Shown here: positions 49,928-61,572 of the stretch, one piece after another
Layout: each line of letters starts with the position of its first letter
Numbering within the stretch: position 1 is the first letter of the stretch
DNA from: Azolla caroliniana
Taxonomy: Eukaryota > Plantae > Polypodiophyta
Direction of reading: 5' to 3'
NCBI GenBank assembly: GCA_043228905.1
Contig: JBHGNT010000017.1
Location: forward strand, 4,526,001 to 4,590,000
DNA: 64,000 nt
Notes under the pieces: generated by a model
Seen by the model: the letters and a program-made list of their open reading frames with translations, nothing else
Databases searched by the model: none
Told to the model about the DNA's origin: nothing
Program-made: the position numbers and the translations under genes

Positions 49928-51779
49928 TGGAGTATATTACTTACTATGATAAAAAAAAACCTTTCGGAAATCTCCCCCCTCTTTTCTTCTCTTCTTTTTT
50001 TACCTTCTTTATTGTGTGTAATTAGCTTTTTACCCTATAGTTGGTATGTGTTACACTAGTAACATTATTACGTCTTGGGCTCGAAACCTAAAATTTTCCC
50101 AACCTCTCTATTACTACTCTATAGAGACCTCTTAATTTATTAGATGTCACGACTCACTCTTGTGGAATGTAGGGGTTTGCCCCAGATGGATGTATATCTC
50201 ATTTGGTAAGGTTTGGTTGCCCAATGGAGACTAAGAGGTCATGGGTGAAAACACACACAATTATATAATTGTGTGTGAGAGACTACTTACAATGGGTGTC
50301 ACGCTTGGAGAATGGCCACCTCACTAACTAAACGGATAGTGGAACATGTTGAATTGCCCATTGGCAAAACGAACACTTTCACCATTGAGGAAAGACTTTC
50401 CACTTTGCTCTAATCAAGAATTTCATCATATTAATATTCCCTTCAACTTTCGTAGATATACTCTCATGGGCAAACTAACTGTAGGCCTTCTTGATGAACA
50501 ATTATGGATAATATGGCTGAATTTAATTGCTTGATTCCTTGCTTGCAAGGAAGAACCAAGGTGGTGGATGTCTTGCCTACCACCACATTATAAAAGCATT
50601 GTGCATATCCCCATTATGACGCAACACCCAATACCTTAGAAATAGGAAAACAAGCTTCATTTCCAATTTTGGGTCAACCTGTATGAATTGTGCAAACACC
50701 CATTGTCCTTGCAGCAAATATCACCGTGGTAAAACTTGCCAAATTAGAGAAATGTAACTCCAAATCGGACATTGTCTGGAACAATGAGTACCTATAACAC
50801 CCATTGTCCTCACAACAAATAACACCGTGGTAAAACTTGCCAAATTTGAGAAATGTAACTCCATTGTTTGGAACAATGAGTACTATCTTCCATTTGAACA
50901 ATGCAAAATAAGCAATTCCATGTTGCCAGTTCACATCGCTTTAGAGTTTATCATAAAGGCAATCCCCTAATCAAAACTCTTCAAATGAAGACCTTTGTTA
51001 CAAGTGACAATTTACAATGCCAACTACATTTTAAGACGTACCACCATCCATGATCATAGTTATGTATTTTCCATTATTCTTCAACCTTAGATGATAGCAA
51101 TCGAAGAGACTCAATGGAGCAATGATACAAAAGATTAGTAGTCACTTGTAAAAATGATGTCTAACCCCGTAAACTCCAATCAATCCACGATGTCTCTTTT
51201 GTTTTGTAAAGGTAAAGGACCTTGCATCAATGCAATATTTTGTAGTTGTTGTAAGATAAACCCATAATTGGGTGGGACGCGTAATCATTGTCGCACTTCA
51301 ACAAACTCCAAAATTCTTTGACATGAACCCTCAACTATATCTCCCATCTCTTTAACACCCAAATGAAACAAGCGATTAAACTGATAGTGCAATCTCTCCT
51401 TCTAGGCCAACATAATAATCGAGAAGACACAAGTAACTCTTTTCACAAAGAATTGTGTTCAACACTTGGTTGCCTCATGGCAAGAAGCGCTCTCACTATG
51501 TGTACGAAAACCATCATCAAATAGGAAGTAGTTTGAGACCCCCTTGGTCCCATTCGAGTAGCACATGCATGCGCATTGTCACGACATCGCCTCCAAACAA
51601 TTAGAAGTGTCAGATGTCTGCATCTAATGTTTGTACCATTACTAACACAATGCCTTGGGTTCAAAGACCATCTTGAGCACATCTTTATTACACCATATGT
51701 TTTCCTTGATTTTAATGCCTCTGGTTCAAAGCTTGTCTTTCACAACATCTTTATTACACTATATTTTTTCCTAATTTAC

Positions 51780-54700
51780 CTAGATGTCATTGCAAAACTT
51801 AAAAGAGATTGAAAGTCATCTAGAGCAAAGTCAGGTGAAGCAAAGAGCATGGGAGAAGGTAGCAAATCGATACCTCGAAGGTGATGCCTACAATTTGTTC
51901 ATCTTGGTGAAGCGAAGGGAACCCTTTGAAGAGTGGGAGGATTGCAAACAAAGACCGGGGAAGTATTTTATTCCTTAGGGTGAACCATTTGAATTAAGAG
52001 ATGAGTGGAAAAATCTAACTCAAAAGTTACATTTTTAAGCATTGGAAACAAAATAACTAATATGAGTGATATTGATAGGTTGCACGGCTTCCTCTATGGA
52101 TTACGACCGTCCGTGGGAAGAGAGGTGACAAAGATAGAGCTTGAAATGATGGAAAAAGCAATTGAAGTGGTAGAACAAGTAGATGATTGGGAGGCGGTTC
52201 ATCACAAACCAAGCCCAATCAGGGACCGAAATGCCTTTGAGGGTCCCTTATAGAAGTAAAACACAATGGACATCCCAACAAGCTTGAAGCTGCTTCAAAT
52301 GTGGGGGCCCTCATTTCGCACAGGAGGGCTCTACTCCAAGAAGTTGGTCCCAAACAGTGAAAACGGAAGAACCTACCCCGCGGGTCGGCTTCATACAATC
52401 TAAGGTGCATTGCAACTAGGTTTCGATACCAAGCATAAAAGACATCTATGTCCTTGGGTTGATTAATCATCAAAAAGTACCCTTGATTATGGATAGCAGA
52501 ACCACTCACAATTTCATGACACCGTCATGTGTAAAGAAATTGGGACAGAAGGTAGAGGATGTAAAGGGTTGTTTGGTGGTGAATTTTGTCCAAGGAGGTG
52601 ACTTGGTGATGAAATGGTTACAAATGTAGTGGTACAAATGGGCAAATGGAAGGTTCCCCGTAACTTCATTATCGTGCTAATGGAAGAGTTTGAGGACATT
52701 ATGGAACTAGAATGGGCAGACAAGTATATGGCGGCCGTTTTTGGGAAAGGGGTGGATCAACTATTATTACAACATGATGGGAAAAATGTGATGGTGGATC
52801 GTGTTAGATCTACAGCCAAAAAAGGAAAAGCAAAGGTAAGGCACAATTCAAGCAAAGGTGTGTTCCACCAAGGTGGCTGAGAAAACACTACGGATCACGA
52901 AGGACTCGGAGACAAATCTTAAGATGGGCGAGGCATCATTTCGACCCATAGAGTTCGCCAATGTATTGGTTGGGGAACTCCCAAAAAGGACTCCCCCTAT
53001 GAAGGGCGGTGGACCATCAAATTGAGCTTGTCCGAAGCAGCATGCTACCATCAAAGGCACCTTACCGAATGGATCATGCTCAATTGCAAGAGCTAAAAGG
53101 ACAATTGGAATAGTTGGAAGGAAAGGGTTTCATCTGACCGAGCAAGTCCCCATGTGGAGCCCCGATGATATTTGTGATGAAGAAAGATGGAAACTTGAGG
53201 ATGTGTACCGACTACAGGGCTTTGAATAAAATCACCATAAAGAACTACTCTATTAGACGAACTATTGGAACAAGTGGCTGGCGCGAGATACTTCTCCTGA
53301 ATTGACCTTCAGTCAGGGTACCACCAGATTCAAATTGCATATGTGGATATTGAGAAAACATCTTCTCGCACGAGATATGGGAGCTACAAATGGTTGGTAC
53401 TACCATTTGTGTTGACAAATGCACCCAACACTTTTAGTCGTATGGGGACAACATCTTCAAGGACTACTTGGATAATGTTGTGATTATATATATTGATGAC
53501 TTATTAATTTTTAGCAAGTTCTTGTAGGAGCACAAGAAGCATGTAAAAAAGGTATTACAAAGGTTGAGGGAAAACTAGTTGTATGCCAAGCCCGAGAAAT
53601 GTAGTTCGCAGTGGAAGAACTCGAGTTCTTGGGATTCATAATTGAGAAACAAGGAGTCAAAGTGGATCCCAAGAAGGTTCAAGCAGTGGTGGACTGGCCA
53701 CACACTACAAAAGTAAGCGAGGTACAACAGTTCATGGGGTTCGTCCAATACATAAAGAAATTCATCCATCATTTCAGTCATATTGCGGCTCCCCTCACCA
53801 AATTGATAAAAGGAAAGGCACCATTCCATTGGAGAGAAGCACAAGAGAATGTTTTCAATAGGATGAAGTAGGCAATGTGTGCAACTTCATCCTTAAAGCT
53901 ACTCGAATTTGAGAAAACATTGAAGATACACACAGATTCATCAGATTTGGCATATGGAGCAGTGCTCATGCAAGATGGCCCCCCAGTGGTGTATGAGTGC
54001 TGAAACCTATCGAACATAGAGGGACTCATAAAGCTATCGGACATAGAGCGACGATGGCCCACTCATGAGAGGGAAATGATCACCATTGTAAATGCATTTA
54101 GGAAGTGGCGCCATTATGTGCGAGATAAACCAACCAAGGTGTATAGTGATAACATCTCCTTAAAATATTTTCAGTCCCAACCGAAGTTGTCTCCCAAACA
54201 AGCGAGCTGGCATGACTTCCTAGCTGAATTTGATATGGAGATTGTGCACAAGGCAAGGAAAAACAATACCATGCCTGATGCATTGAGTAGGCTAAGCACC
54301 ATTAGCCTACTAGAGTGTGGACACCTTGTGGAACAAATAAATCAAGCTCAAAGTCAAGACCCGGAAGTCAAGTGACTCCTTGTGGAGTTGCGTATGGGTC
54401 GAACAACTCCTAAACTGTTTGAGTACGAGGGGGTGTTCTATGCTCATGAAAAGATATATGTCCCAAACAACGGAGCCTTTGAATGACTTTTACTAGCAAA
54501 AGCAAATGATTGTACGTTGGGGAGACATGGGGGGCATATAAAGACTTATGAAAGATTGAAGGAAAATTATTTTCGGCCCAAGATGAGTGGGGAAATCAAA
54601 GAATACGTGCTGTTTTGCACAACTTGCCAAAGGATAAAAGCTCCACATCAACAACATAAAGGTTTACTACAAGCGATGCCAGTCCCAAAGGTACCTTGGG

Positions 54701-55748
54701 ACATTATAAGCAAGGATTTTGTGATGGATCTTCCTCCATCACATGGAAACAACACCGTATTGATGGTGGTTGATTACTTGACCAAACAAGCTCATTTTGT
54801 GGGAATGAAGCCACCGATAACAGTGCATGCCATGACCAAGGTCCTTGTCAAATATGTTTTTAAATGCATGGATGGTCATCAGCAATATTTTCGGATCAAG
54901 AACCCCGCTTCACAGTGATTTTTGGCAAGACTTGTTCCAACTCATGGGCACAAAGCTACGAATGTCTTCCTCACACCACCTCGAGACAGATGGACATGTG
55001 GAACACCTTATTTAAGGCATTGAAGATTACTTGAGTTGTATGCTCGGACAGATTAGAAGGACCGGGTTGATCACTTTGACACTCTGGAGGTTTGTTATAA
55101 CTCGGCTAAACATTCAGCCAGGGGTTTTTCACCTTTCAAATTAGCAAAATAGGAAAGGAGGTTGCAACACCCTAGCTATGAGTGCCCAAGGTGATGATAT
55201 CACACGTGAGAACCTTGATGAGTTTTTGAAGACTTGGCAAGAAACTTGGTCCAAAGCACAAGCGAACCTCCTTAAAGGTTAAGAAGTGATGGCAAAGCAA
55301 GCTAACAAAAGAAGAAGTGATGTGTCCTTCCAGATTGGTGATTTGGTGTTAGTAAGTGCCAAATATATGCGTCTCCCAGAACCATCGACAACAAAGTTTA
55401 ATCACTGTTTCTATGGACCATACAAAGTACTGTGATGCATCAATAATGTAACATATAAGCTAGAGTTACAACCAAGACTACAAAGGCATAATGTGTTCCA
55501 TGTAAGCCTCCTCAAGAGGTTTGTACCCGACTGAAAGTGGAGTCCCAGACCACCTCATACTAGCACTTCCTTCATACCAGAGGCCATTCTCCAACAACAA
55601 CTACGAAAAGGATGGGTCCAGTTTTTAGTAAAAGGCAAAGATTAGTTCTAGAGGCCATTTGGATGCAAGAAGCAAAAATGATCAATGGACATCGAGAAAT
55701 GGTACTCGATTACTACAACAATTGAGACACAACCCAGATTCACAAGCT
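51780..55748 (+). mobile_element. Chromoviral Ty3/Gypsy element, decayed, 5' LTR missing (gag-PR-RT-RH-IN-chromodomain)
   Basis: gag 'DRLHGFLYGLRP'; PR 'MDSRTTHNF'; RT '[19 protein letters not shown]', '[10 protein letters not shown]', 'YIDDLLIFS'; RH 'HTDSSD'; IN 'PWDIISKDFVMDLP..VVDYLTKQAHF', 'HNVFHVSLLKRF'; chromodomain-like 'PEAILQQ..QFLVK'. Confidence 0.92.
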
Positions 55749-56255
55749 TGATGGGACTCGAGCTCTGGCATCCCCGGGTCAATGTGGTGCACTCAAACAG
55801 TCTGAACTGGCAAGCAGGCCCCAAACAGAGTTGGGACAATCCTAGGCAGTCCCAAACAGCAAGCAGTCCCAAACAGGGTTGGGACAATTCCAAACAACTA
55901 GCAGTCTCAAACGCAGTTGGGACAATTCCAACGTCCCAGTCCCAATGACTACCTCTCCCAACGGCTAGTCCAACAGCCATATCTTGGCCTATATGAGGAG
56001 CTTCTCCTCATTTTACTTAATTCTCTCCTCTGAGTTCTACTCTCTAGTCCCTCATCATCTTTTTGGGAGGTTGTCCCGACTTGTCTTGGCTGAATCCCGA
56101 CTAATCCCAACCTCGTTTTTGGTTTGTCCCAACCTGGGACTGTTGTAATCTTCTAACTCTTTCATATAATATAAATCATTTTTCTGTCCCAATTTCTCTT
56201 TTTCCCAACCATGTTTTCGTGCGTTTTGAGACCCCCCTAATCTAGGGGCACAACA
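55749..56255 (+). mobile_element. 3' LTR of the Gypsy element
   Basis: TGATG...CAACA termini directly after the chromodomain region; internal ttgggacaat repeats; TATA (cctatatg) near 55990. Confidence 0.65.
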
Positions 56256-56778
56256 CTAATTCTAAGTAATTTTCTCTTGGTCACACCTTTTGGAGCTAAA
56301 TAAGCATTCACCTAGTTTCTTTTCCTTCCCTGCTTCCCCTTGTCTATAAACTAGTGCCCAAACAAAATCAAACCAGGCATATGTGAGGGTTTTAAGAAGT
56401 TTTTGTGTGTCCAGCGTGCATCTTGAAAAATGAATTATAGATTTTATGCATGGAACATGAGGAAGGGCCTCATGATTGATGCTAGCATTGAATGTAGAAG
56501 AGCTTGCAAAATCATTTTCTTGAATGGAGCCTTGTTAAGGAATAACAACAGCATCTTGCCTATCCGAGAAGCTCAAATGATTTGTTAAGTTGTGATCAAC
56601 TTTTTCACTATTTCTTCTTGTCATGAGGTTCTGGTCAATTTGCTTCTGCATTGACTGTTGCTTTAAACTGTCATTCATATGAGAGGAAGTACTGATGCGC
56701 ACAGTTGGTTGATCATTAAGCTTGGTTAAAAAGGGAGCAGTGCAAAGGTCAATCCTTTGAAAACAAAAACGTTGAGCT

Positions 56779-59436
56779 TCATGAAATTTCCCAAACCCTT
56801 AACTTGGAAGCATTTCCACTCTCGAAAATGTGTATAAACTTTCCATCATTTACTTGAATCTTGCGTTTCTCAACAATTGATATAAGCATGATATCAGAAT
56901 GACATTCTTCACATATCTCTGTATTCTTGCTAATATCAATTGGCATACCATCAGATGAATTTATCAGTGCACATGTAATAGCCAGCTTCTCACTATGGCC
57001 ACACAATACATTCTTCTCTTCCTCATCTGAAATAGCTTCCGATACCCAATGCTGACTCAGGGAGTAGCCACCCTGAGTTAGTTTTTCACGAATTTCTTCA
57101 AGCTTTGCATATATACATGTACTTTGTGGATGACTCGCATCAGCCATAGTAAATGAATGTAGATTCCCATTTCCATCATTCCATTGACAACATCCTGGCA
57201 TCTTCCATGCTTTGTTTTCCACTCTTTTAGTTGCTATTTCATTGGCTTCTGTTCGCATGCCAGATTCGATATATATACTTTCCATGCACACATATGCAGC
57301 TGTACACTTCATATCCAATAATAATGATCGATCAAATGCCCATCTCCCAAGCTCCACATTGACCCATTTTTTACACGCTCCAAGGATAGCTAAGTATAGG
57401 GGAAGATGGTCCAAAGATGAGGACAGATTATCAAACAAATTCTTTATCTTGTGGAAGTGTCCAGCACGGCTAAATAAATCTATCATACACGTATAATGCT
57501 CTAATGTTGGATTGAGTTTATAAACACCACACATATCATCAAATAGCTTTTCTCCTTCCTTGAGTAGACCAGCATGACTGCACGCAGTTAGCAAAACAAG
57601 GATGGTAACTGGACTTGGTAGAATACCCTGTTTTCTCATTTCTCTATAAAGTTCCAAGACGACTGTAGCTTGACCGGATTGACCATATCCAGCCATCAAT
57701 GCAGTCCATGATACAACCGTCTTCACTGGAAGCTCATCAAACACTTTTTGTGCTTTCTCAAGCACCCCAAACTTTGCATACATATCTACCAATGCTGTGC
57801 CGACCGACATATCCTTTTGCAATAGTCCTTTCTTTCTTATGTCAGAATCAATACCTTCTCCAATCTCGAGGGACCTTACAATAGCACAAGCTTTCAAAAT
57901 GCTCACATAAGTCAGTGCATTTGGGGAAAATCCATCATTTTGCATGAGGTCAAAGCATTTGAGAGCCTCATCACCAAGCCCATGCTGGACATACCCCGAT
58001 ATTAATGCATTCCAAGACACATCATCCCGAATCGGAAGCTCATTGAATACCTCTCGAGCTTTCTTGGGTGCCCCACATTTCACATACATATCCACCAGAG
58101 CCGTACCAAGGAGAATGTCTTTTTTCAATAGGCCTTTCTTTCTCACTTCAACATCAATACCTTCTCCAACATCACGAGCATTTACAATACCACAAGCTTT
58201 CAAAATGCATGTATAAGTTACTGCATTTGGTGTTATTCCCTCATTTTTCATCTTCCGGAAACATTTCAGTGCTTCATCACCAAGGCCATTCTCAACGTAC
58301 CCTGATATCAATGCCGTCCAAGAAACAACAGTGTGATATGGAAGCTGTTCAAATACATGCTGTGCCTTTTCAAGAGCTCCACATTTAGCATACATGTCCA
58401 CCAATGTATTTCCAAGCATAACATCTTTTTGCATTAGATTTCTCTTTCTGATCTCTAAATCTATACCTTCTCCAATCTTGAGAGATCTTAAAAAGCCACA
58501 AACTTTCAAAATGCAAACATATGTGACCGCATTAGGGGAAATACCCTCATCCTGCATTTGGCGAAAACATTTCAAGGCTTGATCACCGACCTCCTGTTGG
58601 GCATATCCAGTAATCAAAGCATTCCAAGTAACAACATTCCGAACGGGGAGCTCATCAAATACTTCTTGTGCCTTTTCTAAGGCCCCACATTTGGCATACA
58701 TATCGACCAACGAATTCCCAAGCATAACATCTTTTTGCAAAAGCCCTTTTGTTCGCACCTCAACATCAATGATTCGTCCTGTTTCAAGAGACCTTATGAT
58801 ACCACAAGCTTTCAAAACAGAAGTATAAGTGATGACATCAGGAGAAATTTGTTCATCTCTCATTTGATTGAAGCATTCTAGAGCTTTGGAACCGAATCCA
58901 TGCTGAGAATATCCAGCTATAAGTGCATTCCAAGTTACCACATTTCGTACCGGAATCTCCTCAAACACTTCTAATGCTTTTTCGAAAGCACCACATTTGG
59001 CATATGTGCTTAGTAATGCAGTGGCCACATATACATCTTCAGAAATTAACTCTTTCTTGATCAAATCAACATGAATCTGCCTTGCTTTGGATAGGTTTTT
59101 CTCTTTTGCGCATGCTTTTAACATATTTATTAGAGCAAAATGTTCATCTTTCTTACCATGTTGTAGTGAAGGAGGTATTTTGAGCTTGATTTGGACCCAT
59201 GGTGGAGTATTCGAGCCATTGGTCCATAATGATTTGTTTGTTCTTTTGTGTCTGAAATCAGGGGAGGTAGGGCTTCTCTGTCATGAGGATAGTTAGGATT
59301 CAGAATTATAAAGCAATAAATCTCGGAGAGAATTGGTTGAGATGTTTTCCATTACCTTCTTGTTTCGATCGTCCCAGAACTCAGAAGGATCTCTGAAGAA
59401 ATCCTTCCATAAGAGCTCTGCATCCTTAGAAGCCAT
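56779..59436 (-). CDS. PLS-class PPR protein with E1-E2-DYW-like deaminase domain and an N-terminal OSB-type PDF motif; 2 exons (59436-59356, 59277-56779), ~859 aa
   Basis: The 781-aa ORF stays open upstream to 59277, preceded by a CTAAC branch point and CAG acceptor. The donor is AAG|GTAATG at 59355 and exon 1 is 27 codons in phase 0. PPR array L-(S-P-L)x4-S-P2-L2-S2; 'KMPG' box, 'HSEKLA', 'CEECH'. Confidence 0.85.
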
Positions 59437-61572
59437 AACTCTCCAAAGAAGTGAAGAGAATGTTATCCAATGTCTCCATGTCTTTCATATGTGTATGCAA
59501 AATGTCTCACTAAGCCTAGTTTTGTAATTTTGTAATTCTATTTAGTACCATCTCGAGGGGGCCTTAAAAACTAGTGTTCTGGTAGAGCCGGCTCCGAGAG
59601 CGGGACCAACTCGAAGCATAACCATGAATGCTAAACGTAGTGTGAAGCTTGGTAATTGTATGAGAAACTTGCCTTCATTTATATTTAGAGTATTTTTGTC
59701 TCAATCCAAGCGGAATTACTAGCAAAATGTATCCAAAATCATCCATTCTAGCATCAAGTCCATGAAGAGAGGAGAGTTGGGCTGGCTCAAGATAACACCA
59801 AGCCCACACACATCTTAACCTCAGGTGCCCGTTACGACTCCTCACCAAGTATGCAGGACCAAACTGTCGTCTAGCCTATTCTTATTAACATGGGAATCGG
59901 TCATCAAATTGTTCCTAAGCTAGTAACAATCATGTCTATCACTGTCAATCAGACCATTCAAGCTCTTTGACAATTTATTTGCTTAATTAATATACAAGTT
60001 AATTAATCACAAAAGGAAATTAATGTACTTGAAGAAATTATTTACGATGAACACAAACTTAGAAGTATCCACACAACAATCAACTAAGGAGATGTCTCAT
60101 ATGTTGGTTTTTCACATACATACAATTACTTTTGCCCCAAAGTGTTTTGTAAAATAAGTGTACACATTGAGAGAAATTTCATATTCTCTTCGTCCGATGA
60201 ATCAACAAACTAAATTTGAATATGGGGATTGTATTATTCATATCGTTCTACCTAAACATGTTTTGATAGGCAACACATTTTAATCTCACAAGAATAGTAA
60301 TATTAAAATATCAATGTATTTATCATATGTATGCAACTCCTCCCATTGCCTTTCTTGCAATCATTTGACATGTAGCTTAGTGTGTCATCTTTATTCTCAG
60401 GTTCCCCCCAATTCTCATCTCGAGGGCATCCAAAGATTATGAGAATAACTTGATATTTCATATGTTCATTCAAAACAAGGTAAGGTTGAACCCTTATCCC
60501 ACATCCACTATTAGTGAATCCAACTAAGGATCAAGTTCAACAATGAAAGATCAATATAAAGAATGCCTACATAACGCAAAGATCCACTCTAAACAAGATC
60601 GTAGCCCATCCACGACATGCACATAGCAGCCCCTATGGACACTAATTTTTATATCACCCTTATTCCAACCTCCTTACTCTATCTTATTCCTTTATTTTAC
60701 CTCCTTATGTTATATAACTCATAACCCTACATGTCTTGTACAACTTCCTTACCATATTTTAAAGATGTAACAAGGGTAGTCCAACATTGGTGATTATTTT
60801 GGTTGCCTTTTTCGTATAGAAAAGAACAAACCCCAAACCCCACATAGCATTTATTGTATGGTTTATTTGGTTAATTATGTGATACGCCACCCACCTCGTA
60901 CCCCCATGTCAATTCTGAGAATGGGCACTACATGGGTTCTTCGCACTTGTGAAATTTTGAGATGGCATCGTGATAAGAGGAACAATTGTAACAAATAACT
61001 CTAGACACAAATATCAACCATATCGCTGCTTGCAAGTTGTGTGGAGTATTGCAAGGCAGAGGTCTCCTTCGATTGGGATTATACATCAACATTGGGGTAT
61101 TATGCAAGCAAAAAGTAGACCTTGTAATGATTTTTTGCGAAAGCATTTCAAACTATTGCTTATAATAAACATAGGCACCTTCCAGCAAAAGAAGGTATCT
61201 TCTATATAACTTCTTACATAGGCCTCTCATAAGGAACTGGAAAAGATACATCTTCACTTCATATATTGAGTTAAGGCAAAGGCAGGAACAAATGTACAAG
61301 GGGAGGAATCCATAATAATGCTGCAACAAAAAGTTTCCTCTTCTCTTTTGATGTGGACGATGATGGTCTTTAAGTACCTTCTCACGGTAGACATTGATTT
61401 TAATAGGGGGACAATAGACAAAGTTAGAAGAAGTAACTTCCCTCCACCTATGCCAGTTTTTTCTTTGCGAAAGGTAAAGCAATACCCAAACAAATAACAA
61501 ATCTTCAAAACGCTATTAACCATTGATCGGTTGTTTCCTTTCCAAATTATGAAAAGATAGAGATGAAGCTCT

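Noticed and set aside
50340-51780. Possible decayed DNA-transposase remnant with a ~100-bp tandem duplication
   Set aside because: No motif could be identified with confidence by eye.
59281-59295. In-frame TGA/TAA upstream of the PPR ORF as pseudogene lesions or U-to-C editing sites
   Set aside because: Both fall inside a canonical 78-nt intron; reverse editing is organellar, not nuclear.
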